64,000 nucleotides of DNA from Thiohalobacterales bacterium (GCA_041739295.1 JBGSOE010000441.1:123-64122), one strand, 5' to 3'. Counted from the stretch's first letter, positions 39,891-49,981 are shown. Made by a program: numbers and translations. The notes: a model not told the origin generated them from the sequence alone.

Positions 39891-39949
39891 TTACGTTTAA
39901 GCGAGGCCAGCGCCACAGACGATTCAAGAAAGCCGAGTCACTGCCGCTG

Positions 39950-40160
39950 ACCTCAACAGGGATGGATGTAGAGTTATTTGTGGCATGAGTCCGGGCGGGT
40001 TGGAACCCAAAACCAGAACCATGCCGGGCTGTTGGTGACACGGTGCGTAGGTCCGCTAGCCGGAACTCCTAAAGTGCCACAGGGCCCCGACCGGTGCTAA
40101 CGCAGGTTCAACCAGCGGGCTCATGCCACAGATGACTGAACACTGAATCTGAACGACTCC
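39950..40160 (+). ncRNA. Rod-like structured RNA candidate, probably 6S RNA (ends approximate)
   Basis: TGTGGCATGAG (39979-39989) pairs perfectly with CTCATGCCACA (40120-40130), and ragged pairing extends on both sides. The apical part reads GTTGGTGA..GGTCCG..CCTAAAGTGCCAC. This resembles E. coli 6S GGUUGGUGAG..GGUCCG..CCUUAAAACUGCGAC as I recall it. The region is non-coding and followed by terminators. Confidence 0.5.
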
Positions 40161-40164
40161 TCCG

Positions 40165-40212
40165 ACGCTGAAAAGCGTTTTTCACCCCGCCCTTAAAAGC
40201 GGGGTTTTTTTT
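40165..40212 (+). terminator. Tandem rho-independent terminators (possibly bidirectional)
   Basis: First hairpin ACGCT-GAAA-AGCGT followed by TTTT (40165-40182). Second hairpin CCCCGC-N8-GCGGGG followed by T8 (40185-40212). The second lies 4 nt from the stop of the minus-strand reductase gene. Confidence 0.8.
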
Positions 40213-40215
40213 GCC

Positions 40216-41376
40216 TCAAGGAAGTACAGCAGGCAGTTGTTTGGTGAATGCTTGCTTGTGTGCGGTTGCCGTCCCAATTAATGCGTATCCCAACAGTGCA
40301 CCATCTGTGGCGCGGAACAGGGCTTCAGTGCCTGAATCACTTGCTTCAATATGCCAAGTGCCTTCCGCATTTGCTGCCGGTGGTGAGATTACCAGCGGAC
40401 AGGACGGCGTCTTCACCACGACCGGCATGGCCGGATAATGAACGGCCGTGGTATCGCCGGCCAATGTCTTGGCGAGATTGCGCGCAGCTGCCATGAGTGG
40501 CATCACGAACGGCAGCACCAGACCCGAGACTTCTGCACAATCGCCTAAGGCGGAGATATGCATCGATGAGGTTGTCAGATGGCGGTCGGTAACGATGCCA
40601 CGGTTCAAAATCAGGCCCGCTGCTGCGGCCAATGTAATGCGCGGTCGCAGTCCGATGGCGCTGAGAACCACATCGGCTTCCAGCAATTTGTCACTACTCA
40701 GCGTGATTCGCAAACCATCATTCGCATGATCGACGGCAGTCACTGATTGTCCCAAATGCCAATCGACACCAATGGTCATGAGTTTGTCACGCATGACCCT
40801 GCCGATTTCTTCCGGTACGAGCCTCCCTAGCGGATGCGTGCCTATATCAATGATCGACACCTGATAACCGGCTATGGTGAGATCATTAGCAAATTCACAG
40901 CCAATCAAGCCGCCGCCGAGAATAACAATGCGTTTTTTACCCTCGATAGCCGTGCGGAAGCGTGCATAATCGGCACGATCATTGACCGACAACACAGCGT
41001 CAACGGCATCGCCCTGTAGCGGTAATCGGAACGGATCAGCGCCGAGAGCAAGTACCAGATGTTGATATTCCAGTTCCGTATTATTGAAGCGTACACGTTG
41101 CGCATCTGGCTCAATGGCGCTGACTTCAGCATTGGGATATATCTCTGCATGCAGTTGAGAAGCCATCTGATCAGCACTTGACAGTAACAGCGCATCAGCG
41201 GATTTTCCCTGCGCCAAGGCGTTCGAGAGCATTGGCTTGGAATAATAGCCGCCATCATCTGCCGAAAGCATCACCAGCGGTGTCTCTTGTTCGAGTTTGC
41301 GGAATTCCCGGGCGACGGTGTAACCCGCCAGCCCGGTACCGAGTATCACGATGGGTTTCATGTGCGCGTCAGCCAT
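40216..41376 (-). CDS. Rubredoxin-NAD(+) reductase (FAD/NAD(P)-dependent oxidoreductase)
   Basis: GTGLAGY dinucleotide motif and a second GGGLIGCE motif. The ATG at 41376 overlaps the rubredoxin TGA by 1 nt. An alternative start is 41361. Confidence 0.85.
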   Translation of the reverse strand: MADAHMKPIVILGTGLAGYTVAREFRKLEQETPLVMLSADDGGYYSKPMLSNALAQGKSADALLLSSADQMASQLHAEIYPNAEVSAIEPDAQRVRFNNTELEYQHLVLALGADPFRLPLQGDAVDAVLSVNDRADYARFRTAIEGKKRIVILGGGLIGCEFANDLTIAGYQVSIIDIGTHPLGRLVPEEIGRVMRDKLMTIGVDWHLGQSVTAVDHANDGLRITLSSDKLLEADVVLSAIGLRPRITLAAAAGLILNRGIVTDRHLTTSSMHISALGDCAEVSGLVLPFVMPLMAAARNLAKTLAGDTTAVHYPAMPVVVKTPSCPLVISPPAANAEGTWHIEASDSGTEALFRATDGALLGYALIGTATAHKQAFTKQLPAVLP

Positions 41377-41543
41377 CAGGCCATTTCGACCATTTCGAAG
41401 TCGGCTTTGCTGACGCCGCATTCGGGACAGGCCCAATCCTCTGGGATATTCGTCCACGCGGTGCCGGCGGTGATACCTTCATCTGGTAGACCATCTGCTT
41501 CGTTATAGATGAAGCCACAAACAACGCATTGCCACTTTTTCAT
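41376..41543 (-). CDS. Rubredoxin (55 aa; below the ORF-track size cut-off)
   Basis: My translation of the minus strand is MKKWQCVVCGFIYNEADGLPDEGITAGTAWTNIPEDWACPECGVSKADFEMVEMA. It has CxxCG and CPxCG iron-binding knuckles. Confidence 0.9.
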   Translation of the reverse strand: MKKWQCVVCGFIYNEADGLPDEGITAGTAWTNIPEDWACPECGVSKADFEMVEMA

Positions 41544-41592
41544 AATGATTTCCTCTACTGAGTTTCGTTAAATTATGCTGTGCGTTGGCAGA

Positions 41593-42066
41593 TCAGCACC
41601 CCAATCGTGCCAAGGTTTCGCGGTAGTGATTCGCATGCCTTTCCTCAACCTTGGTCAGTGCAGCGAAACGTTTCGCGGCCTTTTCCAGGGTGGCGCGGAA
41701 TTGCTCGGCGTGTTCACGCGATTCAGAGATCTGCTCGTCGAATTCCCGCACCGCATCGCTGCGCTGCTCCTGCTCGGCCAGATGCCGGAACTGTGGGTAC
41801 ATCTCGGTGTACTCGTAAGTCTCACCAGCGATGGCGAACTCCAGGCATTTGGCCGGATTCATCTGCTTGGCTGGCATGAGCAGGTCCAAATGCCCCCAGG
41901 CATGCTGGATTTCCTGGGCGGCGGTGGCCTCGAAGACCTCAGCTGTGGCGACATCGCCCTGGGCGCGGCAGAGTCGGGCGAAGTACAGATATTTGATGTG
42001 GGCCATCGACTCGCCGGCCAAAGCGGCCTCGATATTCTTAACAGTAACAGAGTCTTGCTGATTCAT
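41593..42066 (-). CDS. Rubrerythrin-family diiron protein (no rubredoxin domain)
   Basis: 157 aa. ALAGESMAHIKYLYFA and AAQEIQHAWGH (ExxH diiron motifs). Confidence 0.85.
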   Translation of the reverse strand: MNQQDSVTVKNIEAALAGESMAHIKYLYFARLCRAQGDVATAEVFEATAAQEIQHAWGHLDLLMPAKQMNPAKCLEFAIAGETYEYTEMYPQFRHLAEQEQRSDAVREFDEQISESREHAEQFRATLEKAAKRFAALTKVEERHANHYRETLARLGC

Positions 42067-42134
42067 GTGTATCCCTCCCGGGGTGGTTTATATGCGACGG
42101 GATACAGGTTATCGATGTTAGTTATATTAATCTA

Positions 42135-42171
42135 ATTGATTATTAGTATATAAATGATAGTTAATTACTAT
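42135..42171. promoter_or_regulatory. Candidate OxyR operator
   Basis: ATTG-N7-GTAT-N7-ATAG-N7-CTAT matches 14 of the 16 core positions of ATAG-N7-CTAT-N7-ATAG-N7-CTAT. It lies in the AT-rich gap between the oxyR stop (42179) and the rubrerythrin start (42066). Confidence 0.5.
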
Positions 42172-42178
42172 TACTAGT

Positions 42179-43108
42179 TTAGATGCGGGTAACGGGATGA
42201 ATGCCACTCAGGCCACATTCCAGAATGGCGCTTCGCAGGGCTTCGATGGCGGCAGGACGCGGGAAACTTTTACGCCAGACCAGAGCTACCCGTCGGGTTG
42301 GTTCAGGGGAGGTGAAGCGGCGAATGCTAAGCAATCGTTGTGCGTAACGGTCGGCGCCTGCCGCTGTTGCCGGTAACACGGTGATACCCATCCCGCTGGC
42401 GACCATATGCCGGATGGTTTCCAGCGAGGTGCCCTCCACTGTTTGTGCCTGAGACTGATCGTTGAGTTGTTGCGCGCAACCGGGACAGGCGTCGAGCACC
42501 TGTTTGCGGAAACAATGACCACTGCCGAGCATCAGCAAAGATTCGTGCGCGAGTTCAGCAGCAGTGATATCGGTACGCGCATTCCAAATGTGGCTACTGG
42601 GGATAACGACGACAAAGGGTTCATCGTAGAGCGGTAGAGTAACCAAACCCGGCTCTGCAAACGGCAGGGCGATAAGCACGGCATCTAATTCGCCCTGACG
42701 CAGGCGTTCGTTCAAGCGTATGGTGAAATTTTCTTCGATCACCAGGGGCATGTGCGGTGCGCGCTCATGCAGTGCGGGAATCAGTTGCGGAAATAGGTAC
42801 GGGCCGATGGTATAGATGGCACCGAGTCGTAGTGGTCCATTGAGTTGATCGCGTCCGTTATCCGCAAGCTGCTTAATAGTGGCGGCTTCTTCCAGCACGC
42901 GTTGTGCTTGCTCGACGATACGCTGTCCAGTAGGTGTGAGAGTGACATCCTGTTTGCGGCGCTCAAACAGTGCGACGCCCAACTCCGCTTCTAGTTTTTT
43001 GATGGCGACGCTCAGCGTCGGTTGGCTGACAAAACAGCTTTCCGCCGCACGACCAAAATGCCGCTGTTGTGCCAATGCGACCAGATAGCGCAATTCGGTA
43101 AGTGTCAT
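42179..43108 (-). CDS. oxyR: Hydrogen peroxide-sensing LysR-type regulator OxyR
   Basis: 309 aa and close to E. coli OxyR along its length. GHCFRKQVLDAC provides the two redox Cys residues 9 positions apart (C199/C208 equivalents). Confidence 0.92.
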   Translation of the reverse strand: MTLTELRYLVALAQQRHFGRAAESCFVSQPTLSVAIKKLEAELGVALFERRKQDVTLTPTGQRIVEQAQRVLEEAATIKQLADNGRDQLNGPLRLGAIYTIGPYLFPQLIPALHERAPHMPLVIEENFTIRLNERLRQGELDAVLIALPFAEPGLVTLPLYDEPFVVVIPSSHIWNARTDITAAELAHESLLMLGSGHCFRKQVLDACPGCAQQLNDQSQAQTVEGTSLETIRHMVASGMGITVLPATAAGADRYAQRLLSIRRFTSPEPTRRVALVWRKSFPRPAAIEALRSAILECGLSGIHPVTRI

Positions 43109-43120
43109 GAGTCGAATCCG

Positions 43121-44092
<972 letters not shown>

Positions 44093-44095
44093 CTA

Positions 44096-45133
44096 TCAGG
44101 CAGCAGGGACTTGAGTTTCCAATGTAACACGGTTGCGACCCTGTCGCTTTGACAGGTACAGCGCGCTGTCGGCACGGGCGATGATGTCTTCCGGCGATTC
44201 GCCGTAGCGGAAACAGGCGATACCGAGCGACAAGGTTACGCCGCCGATTGGCTTCTGAGTGTCGGTTCGGCGCAAACGCTGGCTCTGTACCCGGGCACGG
44301 AGTGATTCGGCGACGGCAAGGGCGCCGCGTAATGGCGTGTTGGGTAACAGGATGGCAAATTCCTCACCGCCAAAGCGTGCCACCAGATCTTGGCCTTTGA
44401 GGGAATCCTTGAGGATATTTGAGACAAAGCGTAGTAACTTGTCGCCGATCAAATGCCCATGATTGTCATTGAAGTATTTGAAGTGGTCGATGTCAGCCAT
44501 AATCAGACAAAGGTCGCGGTGCGTGTCATTGGCTAGGGCGGATTGTTCAATCAGGGCTGTATCGAAGGCCTTGCGATTGGCTAGGCCGGTCAAGGCGTCG
44601 GTACTGGCTTCGTGGCGTGCACTCTCAAGCTGTATGCGCAGTTCGTCGAGTTCATGATTGGTATTTTGGAGTTGCTGCGCGAGTTGTCGGTTGGCTTCCA
44701 GCATCTCGCGGGTCTCGCCCATGAATTCGCCGATGAGTTTGCGGAAATCTCCAGTACTCAGATCCTGCGACATGCGCGAGTTATAGGTTTCAAGCACGGC
44801 TCCGTAGTGATGGGCTTGTCCACCTGACGCAGTTAGTTGCTGCAGAACAGTCGAGATCAAGGTACGTACTTCGCTACGCATCTGATCGGCGATCTTCTCT
44901 TCATTACTCCGGAAGAATTGCTCGAAAATCTCATCACTCAGATCAGGATTTATCTTCTGCTCGGAAGACAGTGCGCGGTCGATAGATTCTTTGAGTGGCT
45001 GATTGCGGCCACTGACATAGTCATACCAAACGGTGTAATGCTTGGGATTTGCAGGAATGCCATTGCGCGCCATCAGCGGCAATGCGAGGCGGATAAATTC
45101 GGCGGCTTGTTCGGCTGACTCGCTGTATTCCAT
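44096..45133 (-). CDS. Diguanylate cyclase (GGEEF) with an uncharacterised N-terminal domain
   Basis: 345 aa. DALTGLANRKAF and FGGEEF. No RxxD I-site at the usual position (KGQD instead). Confidence 0.9.
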   Translation of the reverse strand: MEYSESAEQAAEFIRLALPLMARNGIPANPKHYTVWYDYVSGRNQPLKESIDRALSSEQKINPDLSDEIFEQFFRSNEEKIADQMRSEVRTLISTVLQQLTASGGQAHHYGAVLETYNSRMSQDLSTGDFRKLIGEFMGETREMLEANRQLAQQLQNTNHELDELRIQLESARHEASTDALTGLANRKAFDTALIEQSALANDTHRDLCLIMADIDHFKYFNDNHGHLIGDKLLRFVSNILKDSLKGQDLVARFGGEEFAILLPNTPLRGALAVAESLRARVQSQRLRRTDTQKPIGGVTLSLGIACFRYGESPEDIIARADSALYLSKRQGRNRVTLETQVPAA

Positions 45134-45277
45134 GATAAGTGCTATCGCTCCACGTAGGCACCCAACCTACAGGATGCTGATGACGGTCAATTAGTGATGT
45201 AGACTGACGTTGTTCTGTCGGTATTAACGGCACAGATACCAAAATGATGCAGATGCTATGCCAGTTTTTGTGATGGG

Positions 45278-45883
45278 CTAGCCGTTCCGCAGGATATCGC
45301 CCGTGCGGGCATCGCGGATTTCGCTTGGGCGCAGGCTTTGTCCGAGTGGGCCAGGTACTAAATAATCGATTGAATCGTTGAAGTAGCGGTGAATTTGGAG
45401 TTTGTTACGAGCAGGTAAGGCGCCACGCGGATTAGCGCTGGTGGACACTAGGGCGCCACCGAAGGCTCGACACAACGCTGCGCAGCCTGGGTGCGCGGTC
45501 ACCCGTACCGCAAGGGTCTGATGCCGGCCGCGCAACCACTCCGGTGTTTCGGGGCGTGCCGGCAACAGCCAGGTGATGGGGCCTGGCCAGGTAGCACAAA
45601 CGCTCCGGCGCAACGCGGGTGACAGGGGTTCAAGAAAGGGTTCGATCTGACTGATGTCGGCCGCGATCAGGATTAGCCCGGCTTCCATTGGTCGCTGTTT
45701 CAGTTCCAGCAGACGTAATACTGCACGCGCATTGAGTGGGTCGCAGCCCAATCCGTACACGGCCTCGGTGGGATAGGCGATGACACCACCGGCTTCAAGG
45801 CGGCGGCAGGTTTCACGCAGATGCCAGGGTGTGACGGGTGAGGTGATGACGTTAATGTCAGGCTTCGGTTTCGCCGCCACCAT
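45278..45883 (-). CDS. tsaC: L-threonylcarbamoyladenylate synthase TsaC (YrdC type)
   Basis: VIAYPTEAVYGLGCDP, LELKQRP, VSTSAN. The start is uncertain: ATG 45883, ATG 45895 or GTG 45919. All three overlap the 3' end of topA. Confidence 0.88.
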   Translation of the reverse strand: MVAAKPKPDINVITSPVTPWHLRETCRRLEAGGVIAYPTEAVYGLGCDPLNARAVLRLLELKQRPMEAGLILIAADISQIEPFLEPLSPALRRSVCATWPGPITWLLPARPETPEWLRGRHQTLAVRVTAHPGCAALCRAFGGALVSTSANPRGALPARNKLQIHRYFNDSIDYLVPGPLGQSLRPSEIRDARTGDILRNG

Positions 45884-48164
45884 CGTCGGCCTCATAGGGT
45901 TCGCTGTATTTGCACTCACTCTGCGGACAGACTTTTTCTGTGCCGCGACGTTTGGTGGTCTTCAGGGTGAGGATGGGCCAACCACAACTCGGGCAGGGCT
46001 CATTGATGGGTTCGTTCCACACGGCGTATTTGCAGTCCGGATAGGTCCCGCAGGAGAAGAAGATTTTGCCATTGCGCGATTTGCGCTTGAGCATCGTGCC
46101 CTTCTTGCACTCTGGACAGGTGACGCCGGTATCAGTTGGCTGCTCCAGCGATTCAATGTGCTTGCAGTCGGGGTAGTTGCTGCAACCAATGAATTTGCCG
46201 TAACGGCCCTGGCGGATCAGTAAATCGGATCCACACGCCGGGCAGGTACGTCCTTCGACCTTTTCCGGTTCGGAACTGCTGCCTTGCTCATCATCCAGAT
46301 TACGGGTGTAATCGCATTCCGGATAACCCGTGCAACCAACAAAGCGACCGCGGCGCCCAAGGCGGATATTGAGCGGTTTGCCGCACTTGGGGCACTCTTC
46401 ATCGAGTGCCTCGGTGGTAACGTCCTTGCGCGAGACACTGCTTTCTTTGTCCGTCACTAGTTCATGGAAGGGTTTCCAGAAACTCTTCATCAACGGAATC
46501 CACTCGCGTTCCCCGCGCGCAACCTCGTCGAGATCATCTTCCAGTGACGCCGTAAAGGCGTAATCGACATATTGCGTGAAGTGCTGGGTCAGAAATTTAC
46601 TCACCACGCGGCCGACATCCGTCGGTTGGAAGCGGCGCTTTTCCAACGTGACGTATTCGCGCGCGACCAGCGTGGAGATAATGCTGGCGTAGGTCGACGG
46701 ACGACCGATGCCATGCTCCTCAAGGGTTTTGACAAGACTGGCTTCGGTGTAGCGCGGTGGTGGCTCAGTGAAATGTTGTTCGGGACGAATCTTCAGCAGT
46801 TTAATCACGTCGCCTTTCTTCATCGGCGGCAGCAAGGATTCATCGCCCTCGCCTTTGCTGTCGTCCAGGCTTTCCTGATACACCGCCATGAAGCCGGGGT
46901 TCGCGATGGTCGAACCCGTTGCGCGCAACAGGTTGCCCTCACCGCATTTGAAATCCACGCCGACCGTATCAATCGTCGCGTGAATCATCTGACAAGCGAT
47001 GGTGCGCTTCCAGATGAGATCATAGAGCTTGTATTGATCGGCTGTTAGGTGCGACTTGATATCTTCGGGAACCTGTTCGGCCAAGGTGGGCCGCACAGCC
47101 TCATGCGCCTCTTGGGCATTTTTGGCTTTGGTTTTATAAGTGCGCGGTGCGTCCGGCAAATTATCTTTGCCGTAGCGCGCCGAGATCAGCGAGCGAATTT
47201 CTTCCAGGGCCTCATTGGCCAGATTTACCGAATCGGTACGCATGTAGGTGATCAAACCCACTGCACCACCGCCAATGTCGATACCTTCATATAACTGCTG
47301 GGCAACGCGCATGGTTCGGCTGGCTGAAAAGCCGAGTTTGCGTGAGGCCTCTTGCTGTAGTGTCGAGGTGGTGAAGGGTGCCGAGGGATTGCGCTTGCGC
47401 TGTTTTTTCTCAACGCGATCGACAGTTAGTTTCCCGCCCGCCGCCGTGCTTAATTCCTGTTCGACAGTGCGTGCCTGGTCTTCCTGGGTGATGTCGAACT
47501 GGCTGAGTTTGTTGCCATGCAGCTCTGTCAGCTTGGCAATGAAGCCCTGTTTGTCTTTGTCCAGGTCCGCTTCGATGGTCCAATATTCGCGCGTCTTAAA
47601 GGCCTCAATCTCTTCTTCGCGCTCGACAATCATGCGTAGCGCCGGGCTCTGCACACGTCCAGCGGACAAACCACGGCGGATTTTTTTCCACAATAGCGGC
47701 GATAGATTGAAGCCTACCAGATAATCCAGCGCGCGCCGTGCCTGCTGCGCATTCACCAGATCCATGGAGAGTTCGCGCGGGTTTTCGACGGCTTCGTTGA
47801 CAGCGCGTTTGGTGATTTCGTGGAACACAACGCGATGCACAGGTTTATCTTTGAGAAGTTTCTTTTGCAGCAGAATCTCGTACAGATGCCATGAGATGGC
47901 CTCACCTTCGCGATCCGGGTCAGTCGCTAGATACAGAGTATCGGAGGACTTCATGGCCTTGACGATGGTATCGACATGTTTGGCGTTCTTGTCGATCAAC
48001 ACGTACTTCATCGCGAAGTCATTGTCTGGATCGACGGCGCCGCCCTTAGGTACCAAATCGCGGACATGGCCGTAGGAGGCCATGACCTCGAAATCCTTGC
48101 CCAGGTATTTTTTGATAGTCTTGGCTTTGGCCGGAGACTCTACAATGACGAGATGTTTGCTCAT
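45858..48164 (-). CDS. topA: DNA topoisomerase I
   Basis: 768 aa. Toprim N-terminus (LVIVESPAKAKTI), active-site region (YITYMRTDS-like ITYMRTDS), C-terminal CxxC zinc ribbons. Confidence 0.95.
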   Translation of the reverse strand: MSKHLVIVESPAKAKTIKKYLGKDFEVMASYGHVRDLVPKGGAVDPDNDFAMKYVLIDKNAKHVDTIVKAMKSSDTLYLATDPDREGEAISWHLYEILLQKKLLKDKPVHRVVFHEITKRAVNEAVENPRELSMDLVNAQQARRALDYLVGFNLSPLLWKKIRRGLSAGRVQSPALRMIVEREEEIEAFKTREYWTIEADLDKDKQGFIAKLTELHGNKLSQFDITQEDQARTVEQELSTAAGGKLTVDRVEKKQRKRNPSAPFTTSTLQQEASRKLGFSASRTMRVAQQLYEGIDIGGGAVGLITYMRTDSVNLANEALEEIRSLISARYGKDNLPDAPRTYKTKAKNAQEAHEAVRPTLAEQVPEDIKSHLTADQYKLYDLIWKRTIACQMIHATIDTVGVDFKCGEGNLLRATGSTIANPGFMAVYQESLDDSKGEGDESLLPPMKKGDVIKLLKIRPEQHFTEPPPRYTEASLVKTLEEHGIGRPSTYASIISTLVAREYVTLEKRRFQPTDVGRVVSKFLTQHFTQYVDYAFTASLEDDLDEVARGEREWIPLMKSFWKPFHELVTDKESSVSRKDVTTEALDEECPKCGKPLNIRLGRRGRFVGCTGYPECDYTRNLDDEQGSSSEPEKVEGRTCPACGSDLLIRQGRYGKFIGCSNYPDCKHIESLEQPTDTGVTCPECKKGTMLKRKSRNGKIFFSCGTYPDCKYAVWNEPINEPCPSCGWPILTLKTTKRRGTEKVCPQSECKYSEPYEADDGGGETEA

Positions 48165-48306
48165 GGTTTTATAGCGGTATTCGATGGCAGACGCGGGTAT
48201 GTCGATGCAGGTACAGATACACAGCGCGGATTTGCATGCGTCATTTCATCTAGTGGAGATAGAATTGATGCGATGCGGTGGCCTGATTGGCAACCGCGCG
48301 CGTGAG

Positions 48307-48786
48307 TCAGTGCAGAGTCCCGGCGACGTTGTCGAACACCAGATCCTCCATCCAGGCATAGGCCGCTTCTTGGCCAGGGTCATTGAATAACACCATCAGC
48401 ACAATCCATTTCAGTTGCTCAAGGTCCATGTCGTCGGCGTCCAGCGCCAGTACTCGGTCAATCACCAGCTCGCGATTGTTGGAATTCAAGATACCCATCT
48501 GTTCCAGGAACATCAGGAAGCCGCGGCTCTCCAGATCCAGGTATTCAATTTCTTTGTCGGTGAACAGGCGGATGCTGTGGGCGGCGGCATGGATCGGCAG
48601 GCCGGCTTGGCGTTGGGCTGCCAGGTCTTCCAGCCACTCAAAGGCCTTATTCACTTCGCCTGGGGGGAAGCCCGCCTCGAGCAATTCCACATGCAGCGAT
48701 TCGCGGTCGGGCCGGCTGTCGGGTTCGTCATCCATGTAATAGTTTTCAAATAGATACATGAGTACGTCCAACACACTTTCTTTCAT
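48307..48786 (-). CDS. smg: Smg protein (DUF494)
   Basis: The internal ATG gives MKESVLDVLMYLFENY. Sits in the conserved dprA-smg-topA position. Confidence 0.88.
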   Translation of the reverse strand: MKESVLDVLMYLFENYYMDDEPDSRPDRESLHVELLEAGFPPGEVNKAFEWLEDLAAQRQAGLPIHAAAHSIRLFTDKEIEYLDLESRGFLMFLEQMGILNSNNRELVIDRVLALDADDMDLEQLKWIVLMVLFNDPGQEAAYAWMEDLVFDNVAGTLH

Positions 48787-48787
48787 T

Positions 48788-49909
48788 TCAACCTCTCGAT
48801 TGACTGCGGACGTAGCGCCCTCCAGCCTGGGATACAACCTGGCCCTGCAGCTCCAGGATCAGGAGCATGGAGGAAACCGCTGCGGTCGTCAATCCGCTGC
48901 GCGCCACCATCTGATCGACTGATACGGTCTCATATCCCATGTAATCAAGTAGTTGTCGTTGATCTACGGAGACGCCTGCAGGTTCGTCGGAGCATGGATT
49001 GGCGTGATTAAGGGTATCCAGACTCCCGGCCAGGGCGCCCAGTTCCTCCAGAATGTCCTGAGCCGACTCGACCAATTTAGCCCCCTGGCGAATCAGACTG
49101 TGGCAGCCACGGGCCAGTGGATTGTGAATGGAGCCAGGAATAGCGAAAACCTCACGCCCCTGCTCGACAGCATGCCGGGCGGTGGTTAGTGAGCCCGAGC
49201 GTGGCGCCGCTTCGACCACCAGCGTGCCCAGACTGAGACCGCTAATGATGCGATTGCGGCGCGGGAAGTTCTCCGGGCGGGGCTCGGTTCCAACCGGAAA
49301 TTCGCTGACCATTGCCCCGCCCCGGTCAATGATTTCATGGGCCAGTGCGCGGTGCCGCGCCGGGTAGACTCGATCAGGTCCTGTGCCCAGGACGGCGATG
49401 GTCATGCCGCCGCTATCCAGGGCGCCACGGTGACAGGCGGCATCGATACCCAAGGCCAGGCCGCTGGTGATGGTCAGGCCAACCTGAGCCAAATGTGCCG
49501 CGAAATCCCGTGCGGTGTCCTGTCCGCCCGGGCTGGGATTGCGGCTACCGACCATGGCGAGTTGGAGTGTCTGAAGGCAGGCGGGATTGCCCTGTATATA
49601 AAGTAAAGGTGGCGGATCGGGGATCTGTCGTAAGAGCTGCGGGTAATCCGGTGAGGCGAGGCTGAGGATGCGGTTGCCCGCCTGTTCAGACCAGGCGAGA
49701 TCCTGATCGATGCTGTGGGTATCCGGGGTACGCAGATACTGGCGAACGGCATCCGGAAGAGCGACATTGGTGAGTGCTGATTCCAGCAACTGTTCAGGTG
49801 TGGGCGCAGTTTCCAATAGGCGGCAGAAACGGATCGGGCCAATACCCGGCGCACGCAATAGCGTGAGCCATTCGCGCAGGGTCTGCGGGTCGAGTTCGTT
49901 GCCGTTCAT
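48788..49909 (-). CDS. dprA: DNA-processing protein DprA
   Basis: 373 aa. GSRNPSPGG, SGLALGIDAACHRGAL, C-terminal winged-helix region. Confidence 0.9.
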   Translation of the reverse strand: MNGNELDPQTLREWLTLLRAPGIGPIRFCRLLETAPTPEQLLESALTNVALPDAVRQYLRTPDTHSIDQDLAWSEQAGNRILSLASPDYPQLLRQIPDPPPLLYIQGNPACLQTLQLAMVGSRNPSPGGQDTARDFAAHLAQVGLTITSGLALGIDAACHRGALDSGGMTIAVLGTGPDRVYPARHRALAHEIIDRGGAMVSEFPVGTEPRPENFPRRNRIISGLSLGTLVVEAAPRSGSLTTARHAVEQGREVFAIPGSIHNPLARGCHSLIRQGAKLVESAQDILEELGALAGSLDTLNHANPCSDEPAGVSVDQRQLLDYMGYETVSVDQMVARSGLTTAAVSSMLLILELQGQVVSQAGGRYVRSQSRG

Positions 49910-49958
49910 AACGAAAACGGCGCGGCATGTACCGAGAGTTTCTCGGACATGCCGCGCC
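49910..49958 (-). terminator. Rho-independent terminator downstream of the LysM gene
   Basis: On the minus strand, GGCGCGGCATGTCCGAGA-loop-TCTCGGTACATGCCGCGCC (about 18 bp, 1 mismatch) is followed by GTTTTCGTT. Confidence 0.7.
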
Positions 49959-49981
49959 GCAGTGCTAGACGGAAATGCTGT

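Noticed and set aside
39734-39916. 60-aa minus-strand ORF in the AT-rich gap downstream of the BASS transporter.
   Set aside because: It overlaps the end of the transporter gene, has no recognisable motif or ribosome-binding site, and lies where the promoter region of the structured RNA is expected. It is probably non-coding.
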